Assembly (NCBI GenBank): GCA_963749495.1 | Contig: CAVVMW010000006.1 | Span: forward strand, 416,001-480,000 | From: an uncultured bacterium | GTDB lineage: Bacteria; Verrucomicrobiota; Verrucomicrobiia; Limisphaerales; UBA8199 | DNA length: 64,000 bases | Direction of reading: 5' to 3' | Part shown: positions 47,520-61,548 of the stretch, in pieces | Numbering within the stretch: position 1 is the first letter of the stretch | How the letters are laid out: each line of letters starts with the position of its first letter | The notes under the pieces: model-generated | The model's database searches: none | What the model was told of the DNA's origin: nothing | The model's input: only the letters and a program-made list of their open reading frames with translations | Position numbers and translations under genes: made by a program

Positions 47520-50500
47520 ATGAAACCATACCTTCTCACAATGCACCGGAAACGATCCCTCCTGACACATTGGTTATCGTGCCTGGCGGGCGCCTCACTC
47601 CTTGGAGTTGGCGTCCCGGCACACGCAGATTACCCCGCCACGGTCCTGGGTGATGGGCCGCTGGCTTACTACCGGTTCAGCGAGGCCGGCTTTGTCGCCG
47701 CCACGCCGGCCTTTCATAAACTCCGGCACCCTCGGGTCGGCCGGCAGCGGAGTCCTTTCCAACGTCTTCGGCGGCCAAGCCGGCGCGCTGGTCGGCAGCA
47801 CGGACACCTCCTGCCGGTTCGTGAACCCCGGCTGGAACGCGGGCTATTACCTCTCCACTGCGGATGTCCCCAACAATTCCGCTCTGAACCCGAACGGACC
47901 CTTCACCGTCGAGTTGTGGGCCAAGCCGAGTTCCGCCGCCTCGGACCTCTTCGCGCCCGTGTGTTCCATGGACGCGACGGCGAACAGCGGCGCTGCCCGC
48001 TCGGGGTATCTCATTTATTACGATGGGGCCAATAACAGGTGGTCCTTTCGAGTCGGCGCTACCAGCGGTTATGTCGGCAACATCGCTGGCGGCACCGCCA
48101 CGCCGGGCGCATGGCAGCACGTGGTGGGCGTCTATACCGGCTCGGGCGTGGTGCTTTATGTGGACGGCACCAACGCCGCCTCGGGGAGCCTCACCGGCAC
48201 CTTCATCCCCAATACCACCCAACCGTTCCGCATCGGCGCGACCACGATACCCAACCGCGGGTTCGATGGCTGGATCGATGAGGTGGCCTTCTACGGCTCA
48301 GCCCTGGATGCCAATACCATCAAGGCGCACTATGACATCGGCACCACCAATGGCGCCGGTTACGCCGCCCAGATCCTCGGCGCGTCTCCAGCCGGCTATT
48401 GGCGCTTGAATGAAGCCGGCGCGGCGCGCAGCGCCGCGAACCTCGGCAGCGGCGGGTCTGCTCTGGATGGCGTTTATCTTTACTGGTCCTCGGTGGTCTC
48501 GGACCTGAAGGCACCCGCCTATCCCGGCTTTGGCGCTGCCAATACCGTTGCCGAATTCCCCGGCACCAACGGCTGTGTGGTGTTTCCCCCCCTCAACCTC
48601 AATACCAACACGGTGACGATCGAGGCCTGGGTGAACCTCAATGGGGCGCAGAGCCCCTGGTCCGGGTTCGTCTATAGCCGCGGCAACACCGCCAATGGCC
48701 TGCACGTGGGCGGCGATGGGCTGGAGTTGCACTATACCTGGAACGCAAACAACGCCGACACCTACAACTTCGCCTCCGGACTCTCCATACCTCCCAGTGA
48801 GTGGGCCTACGTCGCGGTGGCCATCGACCCGAACGAGGCCCGTTTGTTCCTCGGCACCAGCACCGGTTGGACCGTAGCGACCAACGCCATCCCACACCTC
48901 AGCGAAGGATTTCTTGTTTCCGGCTTCATCGGCGAGGACCCCTATGGCGGCCGCTTCGTCAATGGAATGATAGACGAGGTCGCCGTTTACGGCCAAACCC
49001 TCACCGAAGGCCAACTCCACACCCATCTGCTCAGCGCCTTTGGCAGCAACACACCGCCTGTCCTGGTTATCAACCCGCCGGTCCTCACAGGCAGCCTCTA
49101 TGCCACCACGCCGTTCATGTTGACGGCCGACGCCTATGGCGCGGCTCCCCTCTCCTTCCAATGGCGCGCCAACGGCATTCCGATTCCGGGCGCGACCAAC
49201 CTCAGCTATGGCAAGCTCAGTGCCGCGCTCGGCGATTCCGGCAATTACGATGTCATCGTGAAGAACGCCTACGGCGCCATCACCAGCCAAGTGACGGCCG
49301 TGACGTTCGTCACACCCGTGGCCCCAACCATCACCCAGCAACCGGCCTCGCGCCTGATTTACCCAGGCGGCTTCCTCACCCTCAGTGTCGCCGCCGACGG
49401 CACGACGCCCTTTAGCTACCAGTGGCAGCACGCCGGCACCAACCTGCTGGGTGCAACCGCCGCCACGCTCACGGTGACCAATGCCGGCGCCACCAACACC
49501 GGCAGTTACACTGTCACCGTGACCAATATCGCCGGCAGCGCCCCCAGCACCGCCGCCATTCTCACCCTCGACATCCCCAAAGCCAACAGCTACGAGGCCA
49601 CCCTCATCAGTTACGGCCCATTCGGCTATTGGCGCCTGAATGAAACCACCGGCGACATTGCTTACGATTACATGGGGGGCAACGACGGCCTCTACACGAA
49701 CGTCACCCTCGCCGCCACGCCCGGCGCTCTTTTGGGGGAGAACAACATGGCGCCCACGTTCGACGGCAGCAGCGGCTATGTCGTCATCCCGCCCCAAGGC
49801 ACCCTCGAAGGCGGCGACTTGGCGGCTGTGACCTCGGCCACCTTCTTGTGCTGGATGAACCAGACGACCCCTCAGGCAAGCTATGTGGGCGTGCTGGCCA
49901 TGCGGCCGCTCTCGACCGGCCTTTACCTCAACAGCGACGATACGCTCAACTACAGTTGGAACGACGACGGCAATACTTGGGGTTTCAACTCCGCTCTGAT
50001 CCCGCCCGACACCGCATGGGCCTTGACGGCCGTTGTCGTTGAACCCAACCAGACCACCTTCTACCTTGGCACCCCGAGCGGAGTGGCCACCGCGGTGAGC
50101 ACGTACGTCCACCCAGCGGCGGCGAACTTCACCACCGGGCCATTTGCCATCGCCAAGGACATCAACTACGCCGCCCGCTTTTACAGTGGTTCGCTGCAGG
50201 AGTGCGCCATCTTCACCAACGCGCTGACGGCCGACCAGATTACGAAGCTCTGGGGCTTGGGTTTCTTCGGCGCCCAAACCCCGCCCTCCTTTGTCGTGCA
50301 GCCTGCGTCGCACGCAATTAACGCCGGCGCCTCTCCTCTGCTGGCGGCCACGGCCCAAGGCTCCATACCCATAAGCTTCCAATGGCAACGCGCCGGCACC
50401 AACATCCCCGGCGCCACCACGGCGACGCTTTCCCTCACGAACTTCAGCGCCTCCACGGCGGGCGGTTACGACCTGGTCGTGAGCAACCTCGCCGGCATGG

Positions 50501-52389
50501 CCACCAGCAGCACCGCCACCCTCACTGTGCGCACCGTGACTCCCAACACCTATGAGGCGACTGTCGCCTCCATGGGGCCCCTGGGGTACTGGCGCCTGAA
50601 CGAGACCAGCGGCACCACGGCCTTCGATTACGCCGGCGGCAACGACGGCCTTTATGAGAACGTCACCCTGGGGGCGCCCGGCCCGCTGGCCGGCGATTCG
50701 ACCTCCAAGGCCGGGACCTTCGACGGCAGCACCAGCTTCGTGCGCATCCCGCCCGCAAATAACCTCATCGCCAGCGTCCTGACCAACGTGCCCGAGGCCA
50801 CGTTCGTCTGCTGGATGGACCAAGCCGCCGCCCAAGGAAACTACAAGGGCGTGCTGGCCATGCGCCCGCTCTCGACAGGCCTTTACATCAATGGCGACGA
50901 TACCCTCAATTACAGTTGGATGGACTCCTCCGCCACTTGGGGCTACAACTCCGGCCTTGTGCCGGCCATCACGGCGTGGACCTTCGCGGCCGTCGTCGTT
51001 CAAACCAACCAGGCCACCTTCTACATGGGGACCAGCAGTGGATTGGCCAGCGTGGTCAGCTTCGACACCCACCCACCGGCCAACTTCACCACGGGGCCGT
51101 TTGCGATTGGCCAGGACATTAACTACGGTGGAACCGACGATCGTTACTTCAACGGTGAGCTGGCCGAGGCGGCCATCTTCACCAAGGCGCTCACCCCGGA
51201 CCAAATCCAGACACTCTTCCTCAGCGGCACCTACGGCGCCGGCGTCGCGCCCTCCATCCTCCACCCGCCCGCCCCTCTGACGGCCGTCGCCGGCAGCCCG
51301 GCCACACTCTCCGTCACCGCCCTGGGCAGCGTCCCGCTGGGCTACCAATGGCGGGACAATGGCACCAACTTGCCGGGCGCCACCGCCGATTCCCTGGTCA
51401 TCTCCAATGCATCCTCCGCCGACACCGGCAGCTATAGCGTCGTAGTGACCAACGCGGCAGGCTCCGCCACCAGCGCCGTAGCCCAACTCACCGTCCTGCC
51501 CGCGCCCACCTTCGCCAACCTCACCAACGGCCTGGTGCTGCACCTCAAATTCGACGGTGACCTCAAGGATTCCTCCGGCCACGGCAATGATGCCACGGCG
51601 TCCGGCTCGCCCACCTTCGTCACCGGGCGCATCGGCTCCAAGGCCATCCATGTCAACACCGACACCAACAGCGGAACCTTCAACTACGTCTCCATCAGCC
51701 CCTCGCCCGATCTGAGCTTCACTGAGACCAACAGCTTCTCGGTCTCCTTCTGGGTGAATTACACCGGGCTTCCCAACGACCTGCCGATGATCGGCAACTC
51801 CGTGAACTCGACCTATCAGTTGGGCTGGGTGTTCACCGATGACACCGGCAAGATCGAGTGTTCTCTGGTCAGCACGGCCAACGCGGGCACCTACGTGGCC
51901 GATCCGCTCGTCAACAGCCCCGTCACCGACAATAGCCAGTGGCACCTCGTCACGGGCATTTTCGACCGCACCCTGGCGGTGGCGACCGTTTATGTGGATG
52001 GCGCCCTGGCGGGCACCTGGCCTATTGATGGGCTGGGCACCCTTGACCAAGGCTACAACATCACCTTGGGTCAGGACCCCTCAGGCACCTACATGGTGGA
52101 TGGCACGTATTCAATTGACGATGTTGGGATCTGGCAGCGGGCGCTCAGTCCGTACGAGGCGGCCGCCATTTACGCCGCCGGCCAGCGCAACCTGAGCTTC
52201 GACGTCGTCGGACCGCCCAACGTCAGCGTCAGCCGCTCGGGCGCCAATATCCAGGTGAGCTGGAGTTCGGGCACGTTGCTGGAATCCACGAACGTCAAAG
52301 GCCCCTACACCCCGGTGCCCGGCGCGACGCCGCCGGTCTATAACACCACGGCACTCGGCTCGGCCATGTTCTTCCGGGTGCAGCAATAG
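47520..52389 (+). CDS. Large secreted LamG-jellyroll / immunoglobulin-domain protein; apparent frameshift at ~47712
   Basis: Signal peptide and DYPATVLGDGPLAYYRF in ORF 47466-48035, continuing in 47602-52389; repeated GYWRLNE...IDEVA LamG modules and YQW...GSYTV.V.N Ig modules; ends FFRVQQ. Confidence 0.88.
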
Positions 52390-52415
52390 AGCCGCAGCTC
52401 GGGCTGAACAGATCC

Positions 52416-52452
52416 AAGGGCCAGTCGGCCAGTGCCGGCTGGCCCTTTTGTT
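52416..52452 (+). terminator. Rho-independent terminator
   Basis: AAGGGCCAGTCGGC-loop-GCCGGCTGGCCCTT followed by TTGTT. Confidence 0.7.
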
Positions 52453-52526
52453 CGGGGGGCAGGCTCTGTGAATGGTTTTGGCTTGTGAAAGGGCCGGGCC
52501 TGGACTTCAATCCTGGGGCCAACCGA

Positions 52527-53610
52527 ATGAGCGATTCGATGCGAATCCTGATAACGGGCGGAGCGGGTTTTGTGGGGTCGAACCTGGCGCTGGGGTTGCG
52601 GCGGGCGTTTTCGGGCGCGGCGATCCTCTGCATGGACAACCTTTACCGGCGCGGGTCCGAATTGAACGTGCCGAGGCTGGGGGAGCAGGGCGTGGCCTTC
52701 TGCTGGGGCGACGTGCGGGACCAAGGGAGCTTTCCACCCGGTCCGTTTGATTTTCTCATCGAATGCTCGGCGGAGCCTTCGGTGCTGGCGGGGCAGGATG
52801 GAGGCGCCGAGCTCCTGCTCCAGACCAACCTGGGGGGGGCCTGGCATTGCCTCGAAAAGGCCCGGCTCTGGGGCAGCCGGTTGTTGTTTCTATCCAGCAG
52901 CCGCGTTTATCCCGTGGAACGGATGGAGCGCCATCCGTGGCGGGAGCAGCCAACGCGATTCGCTTGGGAAGACCAGGGAACCGCGGGGATCAGTTCGCAG
53001 GGGGTGCGGGAGACGCTGGACATGAGCGGGGCGCGCTCGCTCTACGGCTACACGAAATATGCGGCTGAACTCCTGGTCGAGGAGTACCCGGGCGGCGTGG
53101 GGGCTCAAGGCCGTCGTGGACCGGTGCGGGGTGATAGCCGGCCCCTGGCAGTTCGGCAAGGCCGACCAGGGCGTGGCGGCGCTTTGGGTGCTGGCGCATT
53201 ATTTCGGCCGCCCTCTCAGTTACATCGGCTACGGCGGCCAGGGCAAACAGGTGCGCGATTTCCTCCATATTGACGATCTGTGCGATCTGGTGGTGGAACA
53301 AGTAAAGGAGTTTGATCGTTGGGAGGGCTGGTGCGGCAACGTGGCCGGGGGCCTGGCCAACAGCGCCTCGCTCTGTGAACTGACGGCCCTGTGCCGCGAG
53401 ATCACCGGGCGGAACGTGGCGGTCAAACCGGTCCTTGAGAGCCGGCGCTGGGACCTGCGGGTTTTCGTGGGGGATTGCCGGCGGCTCTTCGAGCGGACAG
53501 GCTGGCGGCCCCGCCGGGGGGTGCGCCAGGTCGTGTCTGATCTTGTCCAATGGGCGGGCCAACACGAGCGGCTGCTCGGGGGGCTGGAATCCTCGAATTT
53601 CAAAACGTGA
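52527..53610 (+). CDS. NAD-dependent epimerase/dehydratase (CDP-paratose 2-epimerase-like); apparent frameshift at 53088
   Basis: ITGGAGFVGS, SAEPSV, YGYTK; continues with CGVIAGPWQFGK..QG, QVRDFLHIDDL. Confidence 0.88.
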
Positions 53611-53663
53611 TGCAGACAAGTCAAGTTTGTGGCACAACATTGGCAGACTCATGCGGGTTTTGG

Positions 53664-53745
53664 ACCTTTGTCGCAGCCTTTGTCGCGGCCTTTGTCGAAT
53701 GGGCCGCTCCTCGACAAAGGCCGCGACAAAGGCTGCGACAAAGGT
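53664..53745. repeat. Palindrome (CCTTTGTCG)x3 / (CGACAAAGG)x3
   Basis: Same family as the cargo of 6997-7137. Confidence 0.88.
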
Positions 53746-53791
53746 GGTGCCAATGTTCCGTGGTTCGATTTAGGTCCACCCTGTTGTGTTA

Positions 53792-54488
53792 ATGTCCTCC
53801 GACCTCACACCTTCGGAACTCCAGGCCCTCTACCGGAACCGGTTCGGCGATGGGGCGGGCTACCGGCTTGCGGTTTGGCGGGTCCTGATTTCGGATTTCT
53901 TCGCCCCCTGGCTGGGGCAGGCGCACGCGGTGTTGGACCTGGGCTGCGGTTATGGCGAGTTCATCAACCAGGTGAGCGCCCGGGAACGTTACGCCATGGA
54001 CTTGAACCCCGACGCCGCGCGGCACCTGGACAGCCGCGTCCGGCTCCTGGCGCAGGATTGCTCGACCCGCTGGCCGCTGGCCGACCATGCCCTGGACCTC
54101 GTATTCACCAGCAACTTCTTCGAGCACCTGCCTGACAAGCCGAGCCTGGCCAGGACCCTGTCCGAGGCGCGGCGCTGCCTCAAACCCGGCGGCCACCTCG
54201 TGGCCATGGGGCCGAACATCAAATTCCTGCCCGGTCAGTACCTGGGATTTCTGGGACCACTGCCTGCCGTTGACCGAGTTGAGCCTTGGCGAGGCGATGC
54301 GGGCGGCCGGCTTTGGCCTCGAGCGCGTGGCGGGCCGCTTTCTGCCCTACACGATGAGCCGGGGAGGACGCTATCCGCTGGCCCTGCTGCGGCTCTACCT
54401 GCGGCTGCCGCTGCTCTGGAAGATCTTTGGCAAGCAGTTTCTGCTGGTTGCGGTCAATCCTGAAAGGCCTAATCCATCCAAATGTTGA
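53792..54488 (+). CDS. Class I SAM-dependent methyltransferase; apparent frameshift at 54241
   Basis: VLDLGCGYG, SNFFEHL, LKPGG; continues WDFWDH...GKQFL. Confidence 0.86.
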
Positions 54489-54508
54489 GATCTGACCCCA
54501 ATGTCCTC

Positions 54509-54732
54509 CATCCCGGAGGGATGAAAGACGGTAGCCGGGGGTCGAAGCGGAGCGAGACCCCCGGTTCCGCGATGGTGTGCGTCCGCATCCCGGAGGGATG
54601 CCAGAAGAGTAGGCAATCACAAGGTGAAGCACCTCTGGCACCCCGTTCCGGGGTGCGGACGATCATCCTCGGTGACCGGGAGTCGCGGCGGCGCCGCGAC
54701 TCCCGGCTACCTTCTGGCAACCCTCCGGGTTG
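54509..54732. repeat. REP-like palindromic element (CATCCCGGAGGGATG type)
   Basis: Nested hairpins and inverted ends. Confidence 0.78.
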
Positions 54733-54747
54733 CCCCTCTGGCCCCCA

Positions 54748-55539
54748 ATGAATCCAAACCCGCCAGCCGCCCCGCCTCTCCGGTTGCTGAGCGTTGTCAT
54801 CCCGGCGCGCGACGAAGCGGAGTGCATCGCGGCAACCGTCGAGCACCTGAGGGTCGAGCTGGAGTTAAGCCAAGTGCCCTACGAGATTGTGGTGGTGGAC
54901 GACGGGAGCAGCGACGGCACGTGGCAGGTGCTGGCGGCGTTGCAGGCAAAGAACCCGGCGCTGCGCCCCGTTCGAAACGACGGCTCCAATGGGTTCGGCC
55001 GCGCCGTCGCCCGGGGGATCGATGCGGCCAGGGGCGATGCGGTCGTGGTCATGATGGGCGACGAGTCCGATGATTGCCGGGACGTGGTCCGCTACTGGAG
55101 AACTCTCAACCAGGGATGGGACTGCGTCTTCGGAAGCCGGTTCATGAAAGGCGGCGGGGTCATCGATTACCCCTGGCTCAAACTCCGAGTCAATCGCCTG
55201 GCCAACCTCTTCATCCGCTGGCTCTTCCACATCCCGCTCAACGACACGACCAACGCCTTCAAGGCCTATCGGAAGACCGCGCTCGACGGCTGCCGGCCGT
55301 TTCTCTCGCCGCACTTCAACCTGACTGTCGAGTTGCCTCTCAAGGCCATCGTCCGGGGCTACACCTGGACGGTCATCCCGATTACCTGGCGCAACCGGCG
55401 CACCGGCAGCCCCAAGCTCAAGCTCAAGGAGATGGGCAGCCGCTACTTCTTCGTTTGCATGTACGTCTGGCTGGAGAAATACTTCAGCCGCGGCGATTAC
55501 CGAAAACCCCCAACCAAGCCGCCAGTCCAGCGGCAATAG
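54748..55539 (+). CDS. GT2 glycosyltransferase (polyprenol-phosphate glycosyltransferase / DPM1-like)
   Basis: SVVIPARDE, VVDDGSSDGT, VFGSRF, DTTNAFKAY. Confidence 0.9.
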   Translation: MNPNPPAAPPLRLLSVVIPARDEAECIAATVEHLRVELELSQVPYEIVVVDDGSSDGTWQVLAALQAKNPALRPVRNDGSNGFGRAVARGIDAARGDAVVVMMGDESDDCRDVVRYWRTLNQGWDCVFGSRFMKGGGVIDYPWLKLRVNRLANLFIRWLFHIPLNDTTNAFKAYRKTALDGCRPFLSPHFNLTVELPLKAIVRGYTWTVIPITWRNRRTGSPKLKLKEMGSRYFFVCMYVWLEKYFSRGDYRKPPTKPPVQRQ

Positions 55540-55585
55540 TCAGTGGCCAGCGGACAGCGGGCTGTCGAATCTGCTGTCTCAAATC

Positions 55586-55676
55586 TGAAATGTGAAACGT
55601 GAAACGTGAAATGTGAAACGTGAAACGTGAAACCTGGACTGTGGACTGTGGACCGAGGACTGTGGACTGTGGACTA
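55586..55676. repeat. Two abutting heptamer arrays, (TGAAA[CT]G)x~7 and (GGACTGT)x~6, between convergent genes
   Basis: Read directly; the array ends at the TAG stop of the minus-strand gene. Confidence 0.9.
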
Positions 55677-58640
55677 TTGAGCCAGGACGCGGTAGAAGCC
55701 GCTGGCGTTGGTGGCGGGGAGGTAGGTGGTGATGATGCCGCCGGTGCCGTTGTTGGTGGACAGAGAGAGCCAGTCGGCATCGGTGAGCCGGTCTTTGAAC
55801 TGGATGATATAGGTCCGGTTGGACTGGCTCAGGAATGAGAAGGAGAAGCTGCCGCCTTGGAGGATCGGGCTGGAGAGGCCTAGGTTCAGGGGCAGGATGG
55901 TGAGCGCGGCCTGGGCCTTGGCGGTGCCGACGGCATTGGAGACGGTGACACTGTAAAGGCCCTGGTTGGCCGGTTGGGCGCTTTGGAGGGTGTAGGTGGG
56001 GCCAGTGGCCCCGGGGATGTCGGCGCCCAGGAATGCCCACTGGTAGGCGAGGTTGTCGCCGGAGGCACTGACGGTGAAGGCGGCACTTTGGCCCTGGGAG
56101 ACGGTCAGGTCGGCGGGCGCCGTCAGAATGGCGGGCGAGGCCAGGACCGTCAGGAATGTCAGGAGCGTGGCTGAGGAGTCCTGCACCGGATTGTGGATGG
56201 TCACTGTGACGGTGTATCGGCCCTGGTCGCTGGTCTGTGCGGCAGGGATATTGTAAATGGGGCTGTTTGCGCCGATGATGCTGACGCCATCATGGGCCCA
56301 TTGGTACTCGATGGGTGAGAGGCCGGTGGCATTGGCCTGAAGCGCCACGTTCTGGCCGACGGCGACGGCGGGGTTGGTGGGCTGGATAAAGGGATAGGGG
56401 TCGACAGTGAGAGTGGCGATGGCGCTGGTGATGCCCCCGGCCCCATTGGTAATGACGACGTTGTACCAGCCGGCATCCTCCGGGCGGACGGAGGGCAGGG
56501 TGTAAGTGAAATTGGTAAAGACCTGGTTGGTCATGGCCGCAGGGTCAGGGATATCCAGTTGCTGGAACTGCCACTTGAAGAAATTGGTGGTGTTGCCGTC
56601 GGCGGTTTCGCCGCTGGCGAAGACCTGGAACTTGGCGGGAGTGGTCTCGAAGACCTCGGCACTGGCCGGTTGGACGGCAATGGAAGAGACGATGCTCAAG
56701 GAGGCGACGCGGCTGGTGACGACGCCCAGGACGTTGGAGACAACGACATCGTAGTAACCCACATTGGTCGTATTGAGGTAGGGCACTGAGTAATTGGAGC
56801 TGACCTGGCCGGCGATGTTGGTGGGGGTGATGGTATTGGTGCCGTAGTAGCGCCACCAATAGTAGAGCCTCAACGTGGCCTCGCCGGAGGCCTGGATGGA
56901 CAGACCGGCGGGGTTGCCGTTGGTCTGGACGGCATCCAGGGGTTGCTGGATGATGGCGGGATAGGTGGCCAGTTCGAAGGCGCCGATATCGGCGCCGCGA
57001 CCCAATGGGCGGGGAGCGCCGCGCTGGTCGATGGGTGGGAAGAAGGCGTTGGTGCTGATGGCGTCAATGGCAGGGCTGGCGTTGGACAGGGCCATGGTCA
57101 TGGTATAACCGCCGTTGGCGCCCAGCGGGAAGAGCAATGGGTCGATCCTCTTGAGAGTGTGGCTGCTGGTCCAGGCGCCGGCGTTGTCGGTGCTCAGGTT
57201 GTAGCCGCCGTCGGTGATCTTGCCGGCGACGGCGAAGACATTGGTGCCGTTGGAATTGAAGGGGGCGACGAAATTGGTCGAGAGGATCGAGTTCAAGACG
57301 AGGAAGGTGCCGCCGCCGGTGGCCAGGCCCCCGCCCTGGCCCACGCCATCCTTGTTGGGCTGGGGCGGGATGCCCGAGCCGTTGGTTCCGGCCGCGCCCC
57401 CAAAGGCGGCGCAATTGGCAATCGTGCAATTGACCACCGAGACCACCCCGCTGCCATAGAGCGCGCCGCCCGCGCCGTTGCCCCCGGCGCCCCCCCTGCC
57501 CGCGGCCAGGACGCCGTTGCCGCCCAGGCCCCCGGCGCCGCCCCAGACCATGTTCGTGTAGAACGTACAGTTGGTCAGCGCCCCCACGCCCAGGCAGCAC
57601 AGGCCCCCGCCCATCCCGTTCGGGCCGTTGTTGCCGTCCATGCCGTTGCCACTGAAAAGGCTGCCGCCCCCGGCGCTGTTGCCCCCCTGGGCCGAGTTGG
57701 CGTAAAATGTGCAGTTGACCACCTGGTCGGTCGAGACCCCATAGACGCCCGCCCCCAGAGCCGCACCGCCGGCACCCCCGCCGCCGGCCAGACCCGAAAT
57801 CCAGCCCGCGCCGCCCGCGCCGCCCTGGCCGCCTGAGCCGCCTACCACCTTGTTGCCCACAAAAGTGCAGTTGCTGGCCAGGAGCGTGCCCAGGCCCAGA
57901 CTATAGACGGCGCCGCCGCAGGCCTCCGCGCCCGCGCCGCCAGAACCCCCGTTGCCCCCGGAGTAGAGACCTGCGGCCCAACCGTCACCGCCGTTGCCCC
58001 CGGCCCCGCCGTTGCCGCCCTGGGCGCTGTTGGTCGCCACCAGGCAATTCAACAGGACCAGGTTGCCCAGGTTATAAACAGCCCCGCCCAGGCCGGGCGT
58101 CCCCGAGTAGCCCCGGGAGCCGTCGTGGCCGTTGTTGCCCGAGCTGGTAGCGCCGCCCAGTCCGGCGTAGCCGCTCAGTCCCACCGCCTGGTTGTTGACC
58201 AGTGTGCAGTTGGTGAGCGTAACGGAGGCCCCGTCCAGGATGTAAAAGGCGCCGCCGTTGGTGGTGACACCGCCGCTGATGGCCAGGCCGATGTTGCTGA
58301 ACGTGACGCCCGGGTGGACAAAGAAAACCGGTCCCTGGCCGCCGCCATCGATGCTGACGGTGAAGTTGTTGGCGCTGAGGATCGTGTCCTGCACGATTTC
58401 AATAGGAGCCGTCAGGACGATGCTGCAGTTCTGGGTGAAATAGACAAAGCCGCCCTGCCCCAGCGCAACGTTCAGGTCAGACTCCGTGCACCCGAACACC
58501 TCGCCGGCCGCGCGCGCCGTCCCGGTGCTGAGCAGGCCCGCAGCCAGCGTGGCACAGAGCAGGCCCACGAGCCGAGGCAGCCGATTTCGAGGCGGGGCCA
58601 TCCGGGCCGGCGCCCGGAGCAAAAGGGAGTGTAGTTTCAC
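55674..58640 (-). CDS. Secreted Gly-rich beta-helix (choice-of-anchor Q-like) + 4 Ig domains + C-terminal FYR-type domain
   Basis: Signal peptide; NCTF..N..GG repeats; DP.L..L..NGG.T.T.AL...SPAID...DQRG..R...DIGAFE; YQW Ig repeats. Confidence 0.85.
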   Translation of the reverse strand: MKLHSLLLRAPARMAPPRNRLPRLVGLLCATLAAGLLSTGTARAAGEVFGCTESDLNVALGQGGFVYFTQNCSIVLTAPIEIVQDTILSANNFTVSIDGGGQGPVFFVHPGVTFSNIGLAISGGVTTNGGAFYILDGASVTLTNCTLVNNQAVGLSGYAGLGGATSSGNNGHDGSRGYSGTPGLGGAVYNLGNLVLLNCLVATNSAQGGNGGAGGNGGDGWAAGLYSGGNGGSGGAGAEACGGAVYSLGLGTLLASNCTFVGNKVVGGSGGQGGAGGAGWISGLAGGGGAGGAALGAGVYGVSTDQVVNCTFYANSAQGGNSAGGGSLFSGNGMDGNNGPNGMGGGLCCLGVGALTNCTFYTNMVWGGAGGLGGNGVLAAGRGGAGGNGAGGALYGSGVVSVVNCTIANCAAFGGAAGTNGSGIPPQPNKDGVGQGGGLATGGGTFLVLNSILSTNFVAPFNSNGTNVFAVAGKITDGGYNLSTDNAGAWTSSHTLKRIDPLLFPLGANGGYTMTMALSNASPAIDAISTNAFFPPIDQRGAPRPLGRGADIGAFELATYPAIIQQPLDAVQTNGNPAGLSIQASGEATLRLYYWWRYYGTNTITPTNIAGQVSSNYSVPYLNTTNVGYYDVVVSNVLGVVTSRVASLSIVSSIAVQPASAEVFETTPAKFQVFASGETADGNTTNFFKWQFQQLDIPDPAAMTNQVFTNFTYTLPSVRPEDAGWYNVVITNGAGGITSAIATLTVDPYPFIQPTNPAVAVGQNVALQANATGLSPIEYQWAHDGVSIIGANSPIYNIPAAQTSDQGRYTVTVTIHNPVQDSSATLLTFLTVLASPAILTAPADLTVSQGQSAAFTVSASGDNLAYQWAFLGADIPGATGPTYTLQSAQPANQGLYSVTVSNAVGTAKAQAALTILPLNLGLSSPILQGGSFSFSFLSQSNRTYIIQFKDRLTDADWLSLSTNNGTGGIITTYLPATNASGFYRVLAQ

Positions 58641-58661
58641 GGATCGGTTTGGGCTTTCGGA

Positions 58662-60939
<2,278 letters not shown>

Positions 60940-60943
<4 letters not shown>

Positions 60944-61548
60944 CTAATTGAAGCGGTTGCACGGTTGGAGCCCGGGGCCGCCGGTTTGGGGCCGGGCGCG
61001 GCAGGTTTTTGGGCCTTCTGGTAATCGGCGATTACCTTGACGCTCACCATGAGGGCCTGGTGCGGGGCGTCGGGGCGCAAGGTCAGGTCGCGCACGCGGA
61101 CCATCGAATTGCTGGCGCCCAGGTTGAAGAGGAAATTGACCACCTGCTCCTCGCGGGCGGTCAGGCCGATGGTTTGGGACTTTTGGAGGAAAAACGGGTT
61201 GTTCGTGCTCTCGGTCACCCGGGAGGCGCTGCTGAAAGTGATGCCGCACAGGGCCGCCTTGGTCAGCACCTCGTTGGCAAAGTGGATCGACTGTTCCTCG
61301 GCGGGCACCACGTAGGCACCGCCGCCCATCAGCCTGGTCATCTGGGCTTTGAGCGTTGTGGATTGGGCGATCTCGTCATTGTACTGCTGGAGCTTCCTCA
61401 GCGCCATTTCCCGCCGGGTCGAGACGCGCTGCCAATCCGAGAAGTGCGGCACCACGAACCAGGCGTTGAAGACCACAAACAGCATGACGCCCACGCCGAC
61501 CACCAGGCGCTTCTCGAACGGGCGCAGATTGTCCAGGTAGGTCTTCAT
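60940..61548 (-). CDS. GspM/PilO-like inner-membrane platform protein
   Basis: LRPFEKRL + TM + coiled coil + ferredoxin-like FLFNL...RVRDLTL; operon position. Confidence 0.72.

Noticed and set aside
17830..47715. CCGGCC as a third error-prone motif at the S53, RraA and LamG frameshifts
   Set aside because: The motif is very common at this GC content, and simple homopolymer slips explain these breaks.
48298..52050. 1250-aa minus-strand ORF (also 22257-23936, 8174-9787, 39396-41024, 3180-4562)
   Set aside because: Antisense shadows of well-supported genes in GC-rich DNA; no recognisable motifs.
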